Under the pieces are notes generated by a model that saw nothing but the letters and a program-made list of their open reading frames with translations, did not search any database and had not been told where the DNA came from. From positions 39,184,001-39,248,000 of the forward strand of contig OX597829.1 of the NCBI GenBank assembly GCA_951406725.2: 64,000 nucleotides of DNA, read 5' to 3'. The translations under genes were made by a program, and so were the position numbers. The DNA is from Octopus vulgaris (Eukaryota). Shown here one piece after another: positions 1 through 12,357 of the stretch (positions within the stretch are counted from its first letter, which is position 1; the number at the start of each line of letters is the position of its first letter).

Positions 1-394
1 TACATACATATATACATACGCATACATACATATATACATACGCATACATACATATATACATACGCATACATACATATATACATACGCATACATACATATA
101 TACATACGCATACATACATATATACATACGCATACATACATATATACATACGCATACATACATATATACATACGCATACATACATATATACATACGCATA
201 CATACATATATACATACGCATACATACATATATACATACGCATACATACATATATACATACGCATACATACATATATACATACGCATACATACATATATA
301 CATACGCATACATACATATATACATACGCATACATACATATATACATACGCATACATACATATATACATACGCATACATACATATATACATACA

Positions 395-428
<34 letters not shown>

Positions 429-483
429 CATACGCATACATGCATATATACATACGCATACATACATATATACATACGCATAC

Positions 484-516
<33 letters not shown>

Positions 517-520
517 AATA
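1..520. repeat. 22-bp minisatellite (CATACATACATATATACATACG)n grading into (TACA)n and (TA)n
   Basis: Unit repeated about 17 times from the window start. Confidence 0.95.
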
Positions 521-600
521 CATTCTCATGCCCACACAAATTTTAATTTACAGTATAATATATATTTGAGAAAATAAATTTTCTTAAACCGAAAATTATT

Positions 601-762
601 CATCATTTAATAAGCGTTTTTATGCTGGCATGAGTTGAATGGTTTGACTAATTTCTGGAAAGCCAGCAGTTGCACCAGGCTCCAATCTGATCTGGTAATG
701 TTTGTACAGCTGGATGCCCTTCCTAACGCCAACCACTCCGAGAGTGTAGTGGGTGCTTTACA
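601..762 (-). mobile_element. Short 3' end fragment of the RTE-type LINE
   Basis: Matches the LINE 3' end at 51099-51240 and 55066-55240 (ctgcaccaggctccaatctgatctgg...cagctggatgcccttcctaacgccaaccactccgag). Confidence 0.8.
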
Positions 763-1053
763 CTCTGGTGTTCTGAAGAGGTGAGTAAAAGCTTTGGCAT
801 TTGGAAAAGCAAATGAGTGTAAAAAAACAGTCTCACAAAGTCTAATCCAACCTATGGCCAGCATGAAAAACCAGATGTAAAAATGATCACACACAAACAC
901 ATGTGTAAGAGAAACAGTTAGTGTAAAGCGGAGGTCTGCCATTTGATTGTAGCAAAAATTTATGTATATGAATGTGCAGTTGTGTATGTAAGTGTATACA
1001 GACACAATGCACAGCATAATCTTCATCTAAATTTCACTCAAAAGTAATAGTCC

Positions 1054-1145
1054 ACTTTGCACTGCCTTGGATGCACATCTGTTGTAGCCTAAAGTAATAG
1101 TCCACTTTAGGCTACAACAGATGTGCATCCAAGGCAGTGCAAAGT
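1054..1145. repeat. Perfect 42-bp inverted repeat with 8-nt loop
   Basis: Arm 1054-1095 is the exact reverse complement of 1104-1145; loop is aatagtcc. Confidence 0.95.
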
Positions 1146-1184
1146 TAGAGTGAACCAAGACCATATGATTGAGTAATTAAGTAA

Positions 1185-1304
1185 ACATCATTTACATTCA
1201 ACAGATATTTGGCGTTAACACAACATTTCATCTGATATACCCTCTAGCCTTCATCAGGTGTCTTGGGGAAATTTCTAACCTTGTATTTTTCGATATTTTT
1301 ATTA

Positions 1305-1343
<39 letters not shown>

Positions 1344-1403
1344 AATCGAACTCGAAATCTTGGGGTTAGTAGCCCGCGCTCTTAACCACTACGCCATATG
1401 CCC
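1185..1403 (-). mobile_element. tRNA-headed SINE-like element: Pol III head, (AAT)n, degenerate hammerhead ribozyme
   Basis: Minus 1403-1342 has A box TGGCGTAGTGG and B box GAGTTCGATTCC. Minus 1262-1217 reads gacac-CTGATGA-aggct...agat-GAAA-tg-TT-gtgtt. A related 3' fragment lies at about 42425-42490. Confidence 0.6.
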
Positions 1404-1899
1404 GTGAGCAATTATGGAGTGAATTTTAGGACTTATAAATCTATTTTTCTGTCCTTCCTTAATACCATGTGGTTAAGTAAACTTAACCACTCAGACATGC
1501 CCATTACTAATATGCCTCATTAAGTATGTACTTGTAGTTTAGTAATTAATGATTCTTATGGCCATTATTCAGAGTTAGAAACATTTACAAACACATTTCT
1601 TATCTTACGAATGCCTATGACTCATCACAGACACCCAAACTACAAATACATAGATAGACACACTAATAATGTATTTCTTTACTACCCACAAGGGGCTAAA
1701 CACAGAGGGAATAATGGAAATGTGTATGTACATATGTATAGTTACTTGTTACTTAGGGTGATACGAAAACTATGTTAAACTTAATAAACAATGGAAATAA
1801 TTATTATGATTAATTTGAGAAAATTAAAAAAATAATTATTGTAAATCTTTTCCTCTTTTTTTTTTTAAATGCTGTTTTACATAAGTTTATCAAAGCTAT

Positions 1900-2760
1900 A
1901 TTTTTTTTTTTATCTTCTCTAAACTAACAAGTCATTTGTTTATCTAAACCTCAGAACAAGCCTTTTTCTGTCAACATCCTGATCCATATCCATTAATTGA
2001 TGTTTAGCCAACTGTTCCTCCCAAAAATCCATCAATTTCTTCCGTCATTATTTCCTTTTGAGATTTCTTCCATTTCTTCACATTCCTTTTCTTCTTTTTG
2101 CTCTTCATGTGCCCACTGATGCCTGGCTTCAACGAGATTATCATCATTTACCTTTTGAATGTGAAGTCAATAATTCACAACCGTTTCCTGTACCAACTTC
2201 CTCAAAGCCAAACTATTCAACTGGTAGCAATCCCATCAATGGCTTCGTTTATTTGATTTTTTTTTAAGCCACTAAAATCGTTAGCGTATTCAGGCAAAAG
2301 TTTCTGCCAGAATGCTCTCATACAATTGGCTGTCAATTCCTTTTATGACTCATATTTTAAATTGCTTGTTTAATATTAAATCTTTTCCAAAATTCTTTAA
2401 GTATAACAGCATCTTCTCCACTTGTAACTTTAATTGCCTGTGAGAAAGTTCTTTGAATATAATAGGCATTAAATGTAGTTATTGTTCTTCGAGCCACGAG
2501 TTATAATGATGTTATTTGGTGCTCGAAATACAACATCCATATTAATATGAAAATCATTAACTTAGGATTCAATAAATGAAAAGAACTTTGGCAATTGGAA
2601 GTTATTGCAAGAAAAATAACTGAGCTTTCAGATAAAATTGTAACATGAACAATGTTCAAACAAAGACTTCAGTAAGCCATGCCTTTTTATTTGATTATCA
2701 ATTGATTGGAAAAGATTGCTTGTAGCATTCTCTCAAAAATGTTGGGCCCATCATCCAATA
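1900..2760 (-). mobile_element. Degenerate Tigger/pogo-family (DDE_1) transposase relic
   Basis: Minus-strand translation gives TITTFNAYYIQRTFSQAIKV...EFWKRFNIKQAI and ELTANCMRAFWQKLLPEYANDFSGL, typical of Tigger/TIGD C-terminal regions. Frameshifted; boundaries approximate. Confidence 0.75.
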
Positions 2761-2847
2761 AAAACCATATTTTCCAGCATACAAATCAAAATAGTATATA
2801 ATATAAATATTTTCACTATCTTCCCAAATCCTGCTGCATTTCACTTA

Positions 2848-3170
2848 CTCTCTCTTTTACTTGTTTCAGTCATTTGACTGTGGCCATGCTGGAGCACAGC
2901 CTTTAGCCGAGCGAATCGACCCCACGACTTATTCTTTGGAAGCCTAGTACTTATTCTATCGGTCTCTTTCGCCAAACTGCTAAGTTACGGGGATGTAAAC
3001 ACACCAGCATCGGTTGTCAAGCGATGTTGGGGGTACAAACACACACACACACATATATATACAATGGGCTGCTTTCAATTTCCGTCTACCAAATCCACTC
3101 AAGGCTTTGTTCGACTAAAGGCAGTGGTCCAGCATGGCCACAGTCAAATGACTGAAACAAGTAAAAGAGA
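2848..3170 (-). mobile_element. SINE family A (about 420-bp tRNA-derived octopus-type SINE), truncated, followed by an inverted copy of its own tail at 3111-3170
   Basis: Homology to full copies at 32276 and 50435. Confidence 0.85.
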
Positions 3171-3178
3171 ATATATAT

Positions 3179-3314
3179 AAAGTGAAAGAGTACTGTTTGT
3201 CAACCGGTTTCACTTTTGCTAATCATAAAATTATTTCTTAAAGAAAATACAAAATTACAATAATTTCAATGTCATGTTTAGTGAAAGCAGTCAACAAACA
3301 ATACTCTTTCACTT
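3179..3314. mobile_element. Small MITE-like element with about 35-bp imperfect terminal inverted repeats
   Basis: aagtgaaagagtactgtttgtcaaccggtttcact versus the reverse complement of agtgaaagcagtcaacaaacaatactctttcactt. Confidence 0.55.
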
Positions 3315-3450
3315 ATTAAATATGTTAAAAAACATTAAAACTATGTAAACTGTGTGCATTTTCCTTTTATTTTATATATATTTTTTGCATTACATCTCAC
3401 CACATGGGAATAATTGAAATTCTCCTCCCTTTTTCCTAAAATGAATATAT

Positions 3451-3541
3451 GGCATCTTGGGCAAGTGTCTTCTGCTATAGCCCCGGGCCGACCAATGCCT
3501 TGTGAGTGGATTTGGTAGACGGAAACTGAAAGCAGCCTGTC

Positions 3542-3599
<58 letters not shown>

Positions 3600-3793
3600 C
3601 TGTCCCCCTAGCATTGCTTGACAACTGATGCTGGTGTGTTTACGTCCCCGTCACTTAGCGGTTCGGCAAAAAAGAGATGATAGAATAAGTACTGGGCTTA
3701 CAAAGAATAAGTCCTGGGGTCGATTTGCTCGACTAAAGGCGGTGCTCCAGCATGGCCGCAGTCAAATGACTGAAACAAGTAAAAGAGTAAAAG
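3451..3793 (+). mobile_element. SINE family A, 5'-truncated
   Basis: cttgggcaagtgtcttc...gactgaaacaagtaaaagag, with internal (TA)(TG) tract. Confidence 0.9.
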
Positions 3794-4551
3794 TATATAT
3801 ATATATATATATATATATTCATAGATATATAGATAAGTCGAGAAAGCTTGCATAGACCTACAATCAACGAATTTCAGCCACAAACTTCTAGTCTCATTCA
3901 GACATCATATATCTAACACTGCATTATCCAAATTATCCTTTTTTTTCTTTTTCTAAATTAAAGACTACAAGATGTGGTTTGAAGAGTATTTGGCTGCTAT
4001 ATCTGACAGGCCACAAAGATGTAGAGGCTCCCAAGTTGACTCATGAAGCAGTAGTGGCATTACTTATTTACATTATTCTTCAAAAGAATATTGATTAGTT
4101 TGAAATAAGCTAGAAACAAGTTTCATTTAGAACTTATTAATCTTCTGAAATGGATAATAGATTTTAAAATTATATGATAATGCTAGATGATGATTAAATG
4201 AAACTGAACACTGTAAAATGCCGAAAATTCACTTTGATATGAATTGCTTATATAAATATAAATTCTTACTTAGCAAAGGTTTGTCTTAGATTTGAGCAAA
4301 AAGAGAAAGAGTGAGAGAGAGAGTGTGTGTGTGTATTGGCTTTTATTTTAAAGTTCAATTTTATTGATGCAATGCATCAAACTAATATATGTATGTATGT
4401 ATGTCGGTTTAGTAGTACAAGCAGGAGAAACAAAACAAAGTCAAAAGTGATTCAAGTGCCATACACAAAAGTCATACATGTCGCATTGTAATAATTAAAA
4501 AATTTTTAAATGTACTCTCATGTTGAGTTCTATTTATCCTTTTTGTGCTAC

Positions 4552-4626
<75 letters not shown>

Positions 4627-4629
4627 TAT

Positions 4630-5085
4630 GGCTGCCCCTCATCAAGTATGGCCATTGCACGAAGCTTAACTGTTACTGGTGCTGTGATCGAATGTGACTT
4701 TTTAGCCCAACTAAAAATCTACAATGTCTTGTACAGAATTGGCAGCTAAAACCTTTACTGGCAATAGCCGGCTGTAGTTGTAACTGGGCTTCATGTACCT
4801 TTGCATGTCATTTAAGTCCTCCTGCCGAATTACACTCTCTTCCATATGCCCGACAGATATGATTAGTATAGTGTGTTACACCACCACCAGTGGCCAGGTT
4901 GTCACTCATCTGTCTCGCTTTATGACTACGAAGATGGCTCATGAGTCCAGCTTTACTGAGGCAGAGTCTTGCACAGACATTGCACGTCAGCATCAAAGGA
5001 AGACCCTTCCCATCTGGAAGTGTAACAGTGAAGTAACTCTCTTGAGAGTCAACAGCCATCCAATAAATGTCTTAAGGCTGTATCA
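4630..5085 (-). mobile_element. Decayed LINE ORF2 C-terminus with C2H2-type zinc fingers
   Basis: CNVCARLCLSKAGLMSHLRSH plus a second broken finger (ICRAYGRECNSAGGLK*H); no splice context seen. Confidence 0.55.
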
Positions 5086-5916
5086 TGCGCGGGGACATAT
5101 ATACACACACACACACACACACTATATATATATACATGTCATCAAGCTAAGCAAAAGTGTGGTTGTCCTTACATACTGACATGTCCCCTGTATCCCTCTT
5201 CAGCTGAGAGATCCTAATCTTGCAGACTTGTGGGTGCTGGTATCACATAACGAGCATCTGTACCAGGGCTGCATAAAAGTACCATGTACACTCTGTAAAG
5301 TGGTTGGCATTAGAAAGGGCATCCAACCAAAGAGACCATACCGAATCACACATGGAGCCTAGGCAGCTCCTGTCAAAACCATCCAACCCATGCCAGCATG
5401 AAAAATGGACATTAAATGATGATATAGTATCATCTGGCAGACAATACAAGAGTTGAAGGCATGTGGTTTAGTAGTTAGGAAGCAATCTTAACCACACAGC
5501 CATAATTTTAATTGAAATTTGGCTTTCTTCTATTTTTTTGTTTTACCTTAATTAGTCTCTTAGGAAATGATTGCCTTCATCACTAAAATTTTATGGTTTA
5601 CTATATTAAATATGCCACTTTTATTTAAGAATTCCTAATAACAAATGTGATTTATCTACTCTGCATTTTTTTTTTTACCAGAGTTTAGAAAACAATTTTA
5701 CTTTTAACTTATGCATCAGGCAACTCTTGGGTAATTTTTCCTTGTGGTTCTTAAATGGTATGGGTCTCATCTAGAAAAGCATATATATTGATACTCATTA
5801 ATTAAAAGTATAATTTATGAAACAGTGGAAACAATAAGTGGAGTCCCTGGCAGTAGTTATTTTAAATGCGATGATCACTCCTAGGTAAACCCTAAGTCGA
5901 GAAGTTTGAATTTTAA

Positions 5917-6132
5917 CCCTTTAGAGTTTAAATCAGCCATATCCAGCTCAAGTATTCCAGCTGTTTTATGTTCAAACTGGCTAAATTCAGCCTGTCGCAC
6001 CTACAATGTCATTCTAAAACTAAACAAATGCACCATTGAAGTATCCAAGCTACAAGGTGATTACATGATTAAATCAAAACAATGTGAATAAATATTCATT
6101 ACATTTGACAGAACAATCTGAATGCTACAGGA
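5917..6132. mobile_element. TTAA-flanked piggyBac-like MITE, family 1, copy 1
   Basis: TTAA-CCCTTTAG...AATGCTACAGGA-TTAA; homologous to 6365-6585. Confidence 0.65.
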
Positions 6133-6364
6133 TTAAATTTAAGAGTAACAAAGATGTTGCATAGGCTATACAGAGAAGTCAGCCAACAGCACATTTTCTC
6201 CCAAGATTTCCTGAAGAAGGGGGTCCTAACCTTGAAATACAAGGTTAAAGTACAAGCCATCACCCTCTATTATAACTTGCATTGTTTTGGTCTTATAAAA
6301 AAAAAATTAAAAACATTTAACAGTTTTCTAATCAAATTTAGAATTTCTAAGTTTTTAACTTTAA

Positions 6365-6585
6365 CCCTTTAGCATTTAAACCAGCCATATCCGGCCAAAA
6401 TATTCTCCCCTTTTTTATGTTCAAATTGGCCCAATCTGGCCTCTCACACCAGCCCTACTATATAATTCTAAAAATGAATAGTTACTTCATCAAAATCTCA
6501 AAGCTACAAGATAATGCAGGATTAATTTAAAACAATGTGAATAAATAAGCATTACTTTTGACAGAATAATGCAAATACTAAAGGA
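6365..6585. mobile_element. TTAA-flanked piggyBac-like MITE, family 1, copy 2
   Basis: TTAA-CCCTTTAGCATTT...AAATACTAAAGGA-TTAA. Confidence 0.7.
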
Positions 6586-6688
6586 TTAAAACATTTTTTC
6601 ATGCAAAGTACACCATTTTTTTTTTTTAATGGTGCACCATAGCATCAAAAGACTAAGAAACACTCTTATAGACTGTTACAAGACAACC

Positions 6689-6920
6689 TATTTCTTTACT
6701 ACCCACAAGGGGCTAAACACAGAGGGGACAAAGAAGGACAGACAAACGGATTAAGTCGATTATATCGACTCCAGTGCGTAACTGGTACTTATTTAATCAA
6801 CCCTGAAAGGATGAAAGGCAAAATCGACCTCAGCGGAATTTGAACGCAGAACATAATGGCAGACGAAATGCGGCTAGGCATTTCACCTGGTGTGCTAAGT
6901 TTCTGCCAGTTCGCCACCTT
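6689..6920 (-). mobile_element. SINE family B (about 230 bp, Nin/Deu-domain-like core) with 17-bp TSD
   Basis: Core gcctttcatccttt...gtaccag on the minus strand; TSD actgttacaagacaacc at 6672-6688 and 6921-6937. Confidence 0.9.
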
Positions 6921-7039
6921 ACTGTTACAAGACAACCGTTTACAACCTCATCAAGCAATCTTCACACTCTTATCACCTTATTAACAATTATAAACCTTTC
7001 AATGAAACCTTTTCTTTTCCTCTCTTTTATATCATACGC

Positions 7040-7330
7040 CGCCTCACCATCCGAATCGTAGCCGAAGCCAGTGCCACCTTGACTGACTTCCATAAAATGC
7101 ACCAATCCGACCGTGGCCGATGCCAGCCTCGCCTGGCACCAGTGCAGGTGGCACATAAAAAGCACCCACTACACTCACGGAGTGGTTGGCGTTAGGAAGG
7201 GCATCCAGCTGTAGAAACTTTGCCAGATAAGACTGGAGCCTGGTGCAGCCTTCTGGCTTCCCAGATCCCCGGTCGAACCGTCCAACCCATGCTAGCATGG
7301 AGAACGGACGTTAAACGATGATGATGATGA
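7040..7330 (+). mobile_element. RTE-type LINE 3' end fragment with (GAT)n tail
   Basis: Reverse complement of the LINE 3' end at 55066-55250. Confidence 0.85.
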
Positions 7331-8079
7331 ACTTCCTCCTCCTCCTCCTCTCTAATATGACTTCACATTTCTTCTCACATTTTCTCATCATCTCTCTCTC
7401 TCTCTTCCTTTCTCAACCTGTTACAATCTTTGATAATTACTGTTGTGTTTGACCCATCAGCTGGCCATTTTTTCATTGCAATAGGGAAGGGAATTAACTG
7501 CATTTTTAACCCAGTGCAGGAGGTTAGCCACTATAATGTCCCTTCGTCTTACCTCTAACCATGTACAGATATCTTTATAATGCTTGGAAGAAAAAAAAAA
7601 TTTATTTACTCTGTTGGTGGAAAACACAGCAACATACAACTACTTAATGGACACCGTCAATCTATTTTAACTAAATAAATAATATCCAATTTAGCAATGA
7701 CATCATGGTAAAAAAATATAAAAACATTGACAATAATAACATCAATCATGATGAGGAAACTGGAGACTGAGTTTGGTTAAAAAGAGGGAAAAAAAAAGTC
7801 AAGAGATGTAAAAGAGTGTGATAAGATCACCTGATAGACAGAGTGAGAGAAACAGTCACAGAGAGACAAAGATATATAGAAAGAAACACACAACCATTTG
7901 CTTGTTCAACAAATTACACAAAGTGAGAGAGAGAGAGAGAGAGGACATGAAAACATTGCACCATATGCTAGTGGGTTTTCTCCCCCATTCTAATTGTGTG
8001 TGTGCATGTGTGTAAAATATTCCACTCAATTTGCAAGAATCAGAGAATCAGGAGTGATCAATTCAAATATATATATATT

Positions 8080-8419
8080 GAAGACCCCGCCCCCTTCGGT
8101 CACGACACTGACCATAGGATTGCACCTAGAAAGTTACCCTCCCAGGCACAAGCCTGGGAAAGGTTGTTTATGGAAGACCAGCGGTCGCCCATGCATGCCA
8201 GCTTCCCCTCTCCACACCACCAGTGTTATCCAAGGGAAAGGCAAAGGGGCTGAAACAGCTTGGCACCTGTGATGTCGCAACTCATTTCTACAGCTGAGTG
8301 AAGTGGAGCAATGTGAAATAAAGTGTCTTGCTCAAGAACACAACATGCAGCCCAGTTCAAGATTCGAACTCCCCACCTCACTGTTGTAAGTTCAACGCTC
8401 TAACCACTGAGCCATGTGC

Positions 8420-8420
<1 letters not shown>
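8080..8420 (-). mobile_element. SINE family C (tRNA-derived head at the right end)
   Basis: Minus ggcacatggctcagtggttagagcg...gagttcgaatc; homologous to 35455-35782. Confidence 0.85.
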
Positions 8421-8749
<329 letters not shown>

Positions 8750-10410
8750 TATTTTTATATGTATCATTACTTTTTAGTCTTGCTGACTAAGCTGAATATT
8801 CTTTGCCGAGATGTCTAAATCCTACTATAAGCACAAGGCCAGATATTTCATATTTTTGGTGGAGAGGGAGCTACTTGATTACAGACGCCCCAGCCCTTGG
8901 CTCATACTTTATTGATCCTATAAGGATGGAAGTTAAAGTTGACATCAGTGGAATTTGAACTCAGAACATAGAGAGCCAAAAGAAACGCTAAACATTTTGT
9001 TCAGCATACTGACAATTCTGCCAGCTTACTGCATTAGAATTGTTTAATAATACAAAGGCATGCCAGCTGTTTTCACCATTATGTTTTAAACACCAGATCC
9101 ACTCCAAACCTCACACTATATTAACCAAAAATTTCCTGGCAGCTGATCTAAGAGTTATCTTCCTTGCTCGTTTTAGATTTTAATCATTCCAAATGGGAGC
9201 TTTTGTTTACTAATAAGACAGATATCATTAACATCCATTTTCAAAGCTAGCATATTTTTCAACTCACTGTATTCCGTATGTGAGATCTTACTGTATGTAT
9301 CTGCATTCAGTATGCAGAAAGCATAGATACTTCTTGTCAGCCATCATCATTTTGATCGCCATTATCATTTTATGATTGCTTTCCATAACAGTAGAAGCTG
9401 GACCAGTTTCCATAGTCTGAGTCGGTTCTTCTTTGGAGTTACTATCCTCCTACACAGGTTGAAAGATCACATTTTGCTCATACATTTCATTTGGGGCATG
9501 GTGTCTATGACTGGATGACCTTCATAAAGCCAACCATTTTTCAAAGAGTGCCGAGTGCAATTATGTCATGACACCAGCACTAGAAGGCTGTCATGTCCAA
9601 AACAAAAGATATCTCAATGAAAAATTAACAACACAATTCTCACAAGAATAAAATTTATCTTTCATCTGTGTGGAGTCAAAATACCCAGCCTACATGAAAC
9701 ATTGTGAGGTCTGTAGTGACACTATTTTGGAAGTTTTCAGCGCACAAGCACAGAGTTGGATTACATCCAGTAGGCCGCCGGAAGTTCCCTCATGCGCAGA
9801 GAATGGCCAACAGAAAGTTTTCCCGCTAGATCAGTCTTTTTGAAGATGCAGCCCTATCGAGTGGACATGACTCAACTTTCTCTCAAGGAAAATTCTGCAG
9901 ATGTCGACTTTGCCTTTCATCCTTTCAGGGTCAATAAATTAAGTACCAGTGAAACACTGGGATCAATGTAATTGACTAGTCCCTTCCCGCCAAATTTCAG
10001 GCCTTGTGCCTACTGTAGAAAGGATTATTAAGCACAGTAATGTCATTAACCAAGCTGTGTAACATGTGCAGGGTGACAAAACCATTCTGCAGACAGTCCT
10101 TCGCCATCTGGGCCTTGCTGATTTGTGGAGCTGCCAAAAAAGACAAATCTTGCTTTCAGTCAAATCCAAAGTAAGCATTACTTCAATGTGATCCTTTAGC
10201 TGGAAAATATAGGGGCCAGTTTGCTCTGTGATGGCCATGGTGAAATGAAAAAGATTATATTATGATGAAGACTGAAAGAACCATGTAATTTTCTCCTTAG
10301 GTAAGCTCTCATTCCACTTGGAGAGAAAGATGAGGGTAGAATGTCCTCCAGCAGAAAATTTTCTGGAAAGTGAGAGAGTGATAAATATTGCCTGTAGAAA
10401 CGAGCCAACT

Positions 10411-10643
10411 CTATTTCTTTACTACCCACAAGGGGCTAAACACAGAGTGGACAAACAAGGACAGACAAACAGATTAAGTCGATTATATCGATCCCAGTGT
10501 GTAACTGGTACTTATTTAATTGACCCTGAAAGGATGAAAGACAAAGTCAACCTTGGCAGAATTTGAACTCAGAACGTAATGGCAGACGAAATACCGCTAA
10601 GCATTTCACCGGGTGTGCTAACGTTTCTGCCAGCTCGCCACCT
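10411..10643 (-). mobile_element. SINE family B
   Basis: Near-full-length homology to 6689-6920. Confidence 0.9.
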
Positions 10644-10996
10644 CTTAGGATTTACCACAGATCAAAATTGGGACAAGGCACTTTGCTCTTGGTAGTAATC
10701 CTAGATCTGTAGGGTTTTTTGATTAGCCCTCTATTGGAATGCTTCATTTTCTACCATTAGCTTAATTTTCCTTTTCCCAGTTCTGTCTTTTTTTTATCAT
10801 CACTAATGTTGTATAAACCCTTCCCATGACCTCTTTTGTACTGTCTCGATAATGACCCCCTTTATCTATCATGCTAGTAGAAAAGTTACCTTTCATCCCT
10901 TTGGAAGTCAATAAAATATCAGTTGAGTATTGGAGTCGATGTAATCAACTATCCCCCCTCACCTAAAATTGCCATCCCTGCACCAAAATTTGAAAC

Positions 10997-11032
<36 letters not shown>

Positions 11033-11967
11033 GGCGATGAGCAGGCAGAATCATTAGCAGTATTTCATCTCTCTTTACATTCCAAGTTCAACTTTGCCTT
11101 TAATCTTTCAATGTTGGTAAGTACCAGTTGAACACTGGAGTTGAACTTACTGGCATTGTGCCAAAATTTGAAACCATTATCATTAAGTATTATTGGCAGA
11201 ATTTTTAGAACATCACTCAAACTCTGTAATAATATTTTGGCCTTTAGTTACAGTCTTTTTACAAGTTGAGTTGAAACTGAGCTAAGGTCAACTTTACCTT
11301 TATTTTATTGACTCACCCAGAAAGATAAAAAAAAAAAAAGAAAAAAAATTAAAGTACCAGTCAAATATTGGAATCAGTTCAGCCATTTCCCTATAATTTT
11401 GACTTGGCACCTATGTTAAAAACACAACACATAGCTTAGTCCAAGAATCGAACTCACCACCTCAAGATTGTGAGCCTGATGTTTTAACCAGAGCCATTAT
11501 CCTTCGCCAGAATAATTATACAAATAAAATACATTGCTTTATCCCATTACTGTATTTTACACTCCCAGTGTAAAATACAGTAATTCTACTGGGGTTAACT
11601 TTGCCTTTCATCCTTTTGTGGTCGATAAAATAAAACACCAATCAAATACAGGGGAGAAAGGGCTGGTATAATAAACGGTTCCCTTGAGGCCTTATACTTC
11701 TTACAAATCATTAAGTTCAGCCACATAGTCAAAGACAGTCTAGATTCCTTACTGCTATATCTCTACCATTAGCATCTAGGAATTTGTCTTCCATCTTTCT
11801 TATCACTGTGGTTTGTGGGAAGGGGTTTATTTCACCCCAAGGGGAGTAGCTCTATGACTATAATCCAGAATATTTCTCTTTCCATCCTTCCTCTATGAGA
11901 ATTTCGTATCCATCTGGGATTACATTATCTAATGGTCTCTTTTTTCTTTTTTTTTTTTTAGAGACAT

Positions 11968-12357
11968 GGCATAACTTGAAGGAAATCTGGCTGCTATTTC
12001 TAGCCAGATAATTGACCCGAGAGACTGGTCTCTCAATGGCTCATAGCATAACTTGAAGGAAATCTGGCTGTTATTTCTAGCCAGATAAGTGACCCGAGAG
12101 ACTAGCCTCTCAATGGCTCGTAGCATAACTTGAGGGAAATCTGGCTGCTATTTCTAGCCAGATAAGTGACCTGAGAGACTGGTCTCTCAATGGCTCGTAG
12201 CATAACTTGAGGGAAATCTGGCTGCTATTTCTAGCCAGATAAGTGACCTGAGAGACTGGTCTCTCAATGGCTCATAGCATAACTTGAGGGAAATCTGGCT
12301 GCTATTTCTAGCCAGATAAGTGACCCGAGAGACTGGCCTCTCAATGGCTCATAGCAT
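11968..12357. repeat. Minisatellite of five near-identical 77-bp units
   Basis: gcataacttg starts at 11969, 12046, 12123, 12200 and 12277; a partial gcat follows at 12354. Confidence 0.95.

Noticed and set aside
1342-1403. tRNA gene
   Set aside because: A and B boxes are present but there is no 3' acceptor stem; it is a SINE-type head.
4808-5059. Host C2H2 zinc-finger gene exon
   Set aside because: No TGEKP linkers, second finger broken by a stop, no clear splice sites; better explained as a LINE C-terminus.
6205-6252. Hammerhead-like CTGAAGA...GAAA between two MITEs
   Set aside because: Stem II is plausible but stems I and III do not pair.
9771-9800. ETS (ccggaagt) plus NRF1-like (catgcgca) motif pair suggesting a promoter
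   Set aside because: Two short motifs without a wider CpG-rich or exon context can occur by chance.
11968-12357. CRISPR-like array of palindromic repeats
   Set aside because: Units are contiguous with no unique spacers, there are no cas genes, and the context is eukaryotic.
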